Assembly (NCBI GenBank): GCA_010909165.1
Contig: VJWM01000103.1
Coordinates: 124,001-188,000, forward strand
DNA from: Anthoceros angustus
Taxonomy: Eukaryota > Plantae > Anthocerotophyta
Direction: 5' to 3'
Length of the DNA: 64,000 nucleotides
Part shown: positions 62,083-64,000 of the stretch, one piece after another
Numbering within the stretch: the first letter of the stretch is position 1
Layout: every line of letters begins with the position of its first letter
Notes under the pieces: model-generated
What the model was told of the DNA's origin: nothing
The model's input: only the letters and a program-made list of their open reading frames with translations
The model's database searches: none
Position numbers and translations under genes: made by a program

Positions 62083-64000
62083 ATGGGTGCGGAGCCGCCC
62101 CAGCCCCATCCCCCGCCCGTTAAGAAGCGTGGGCGCCATGAGTTCTTTACGGTTGATGGTGGCGCAGGCGGCTCAGCTGAAGGGGCGGGATCGCTTCCCA
62201 CGAATATGTCACCGGGCACAATCGAGGAGGAGGCTGGGACGACGCTCGGGGACGCAGAGGAGGCAGGTTCGCATTGGCGGGAGGGTCACAGCGCGGAAGG
62301 CAGCCGGAACCGCAGCCTGAGCCTGAGCCTGAGCCTAGAGCAGGGGGAGCAGCAACCTAGTGCGGACAGCTTGGAGATACAGGAGGACAAATTGCGAAAG
62401 AAGCGTAACAGGGACGAGGTGACCTGTATCTACAGGGTCTACCGCCGCCTTAAAGCTTGTCTTGCTGGAAATTGTGATTTGCAGCGGGATGTGGAGGAAG
62501 CATTCCATGCGCTGCTCAGCCTTGCAAATGGTGGCCATTACTACTCCTGTTCTTGACTTTTGGGTTGTTGGCTCTTTCTTCTTCCTTTTCCCGTATTGCT
62601 CAGCTTGCACACCGCTTGCGGTGAGGTACAGGTCGTCGCCTCGCCCGGCTGTCTCATAATGCCATTATATGCTTCCATTCGATGCAGGGTGTGCGAGTGT
62701 CAGACGTATCGCTGCTGACCTTATTCCCCGCTACGCTAATCGTTGCCCCTCTGCTCTGGAGGCAGCATCGCAGGCCCTGCTGCAGATTTGTGACTGGAGC
62801 TGTGACCTAATGTTGGAAGGGGGCCGGGAAGCGGATGTCGTCGTGGAGCAAACAGCCAGGGCGGCTTATGCCGGTCTCGTAGATTTGGCAGCAGCGGCGC
62901 CCATGTTGGATTCCTGTGCCCTAAGTATGGACTCCTCCGGGGCGGGGCAGGAGCAGGGGCAGGGAGTGACTCGCACTATTGCCCTGCGCCTGCTGCACCG
63001 GGTGTATGGGAAAAAGTTGGTATTTCTGCGCTCCGCCGACGGTGCGGCGGCGGCGGATGTGGATGACGCCTTTGCGTCGCAGGACATGACGGCAGCTACT
63101 GCGTCCCAGAGGTTCGACATGGTGCTTGTGTCCTCTGTTGTCAACACTTTCCGCTCCAGCCCGCAAGCCGTGCTGGCGGCTTGCTTCGACCTGCTGGCTT
63201 CTCCGATTCCGGACGACCGGAAGGAAGGCCAGCATTTCTTGAGTGAGATTATGGCGTTTGGAAGGATATTGACCCCAGCTGATCACGGGGGTGACGTATC
63301 GTCACGGGCCGCCGGGTGTGGGGATGCCATCACTGCACCGGAGGACATGCAAGTGGAGACAGACGACGACGCCCAGTTGGAGATAGAGCCTGAGGATGAT
63401 TCGCCTCTGAAAGCTTCTGAGCCCAACGCCGATTCGTCCGAAAATTTGGTCATGCAGGTGAGATGACGTTGTTGGAAGGCAGGTTGACCTGTAGTTGGGG
63501 ACGTTTTTGCTGGCTCACATGCCGTTACCCGCTTTCGGCGCCTGGTTTTCAAATCTCTGATAATGGCACTCTGAAGTCTGGATGCCCATTTTGCGATATT
63601 TTTGTCACTGCCTGCTTGTATTTCATGCGGAAGTTTGTGTACTGACTATCGTCTTTGATCTGTCTGGCAGGTGATCCATCCTAGCCCGCCCCTGGAAAGG
63701 TGGATAGTAAAGGAAGTGCGTCACTTCCGTAGGTCTGCAAGCCAAGAGGCTTTGGGGGAGGCGATGCCTCTGTTGGATGACTTGGTGAGGTCGTTATGCT
63801 CTTTCAGACCCACAGATTTGGACTTGAATGGGGAGGAAATGGAGGATTCCCGTGCCCTTGAGGACGAGAGAACACTCAGATCTGATGACAGAGGTGAGCA
63901 GAAATGGCCTAGGAAGGCAGACGAGTCTGCTGCCTCTGATCAAGAGAATCTGCGGTCTCACCGCTCTGGGGATGGGAAGGGCGCGGGTAGCAACGGAGAT
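62083..64000 (+). CDS. 5' part of a conserved plant nucleic-acid-binding protein gene (At1g27750-like); runs off the window
   Basis: PVKKR...KKRNRDEV..IYRVYRRLK...GCASVRRIAADLIPRYA.RCPSALEAA matches the recalled N-terminus of this family. Exons approximately 62083-62530, 62688-63457 and 63671 onward. Confidence 0.7.

Noticed and set aside
1-64000. tRNA, rRNA or snRNA genes
   Set aside because: None recognisable by eye; only tRNA-Met-complementary PBS-like motifs at 38681 and 57198. A covariance-model scan would be needed to exclude small ncRNAs.

Overview
Eukaryotic nuclear DNA from a land plant. Short (~80-160 nt) GT-AG introns, GC-rich exons, very high gene density and the gene content suggest a compact bryophyte genome, possibly a hornwort (inference). 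Single-base frameshifts in homopolymers suggest an unpolished long-read consensus. Layout: (1) 1-12.5 kb, retroelement debris including a 6.2-kb TG...CA element with a 5-bp target-site duplication (TSD) that looks like a giant ORF-bearing solo LTR. (2) 12.8-32.5 kb, eight genes in strictly alternating orientation: PLP aminotransferase, class-IV-like deacetylase, TMEM33, Integrator subunit 2, CCCH zinc finger, LEA_2, QCR9 and a DREB/TINY AP2 factor. (3) 34.3-61.5 kb, a class III peroxidase cluster in which a 2.6-kb peroxidase unit is duplicated as an inverted repeat around a 20-kb transposon nest. The nest holds a Copia element interrupted by a CACTA element that carries a CRE-like fragment, a large Sola2-like element with two convergent genes and a nested 2.3-kb TIR element, and a TRIM-like LTR element. 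(4) From 62.1 kb, the 5' part of a conserved plant nucleic-acid-binding gene. The best candidate for an undescribed system is the bipartite Sola2-like transposon, whose transposase and convergent accessory gene end in the same domain, together with its non-autonomous partner. All family assignments come from motif recognition without database searches.
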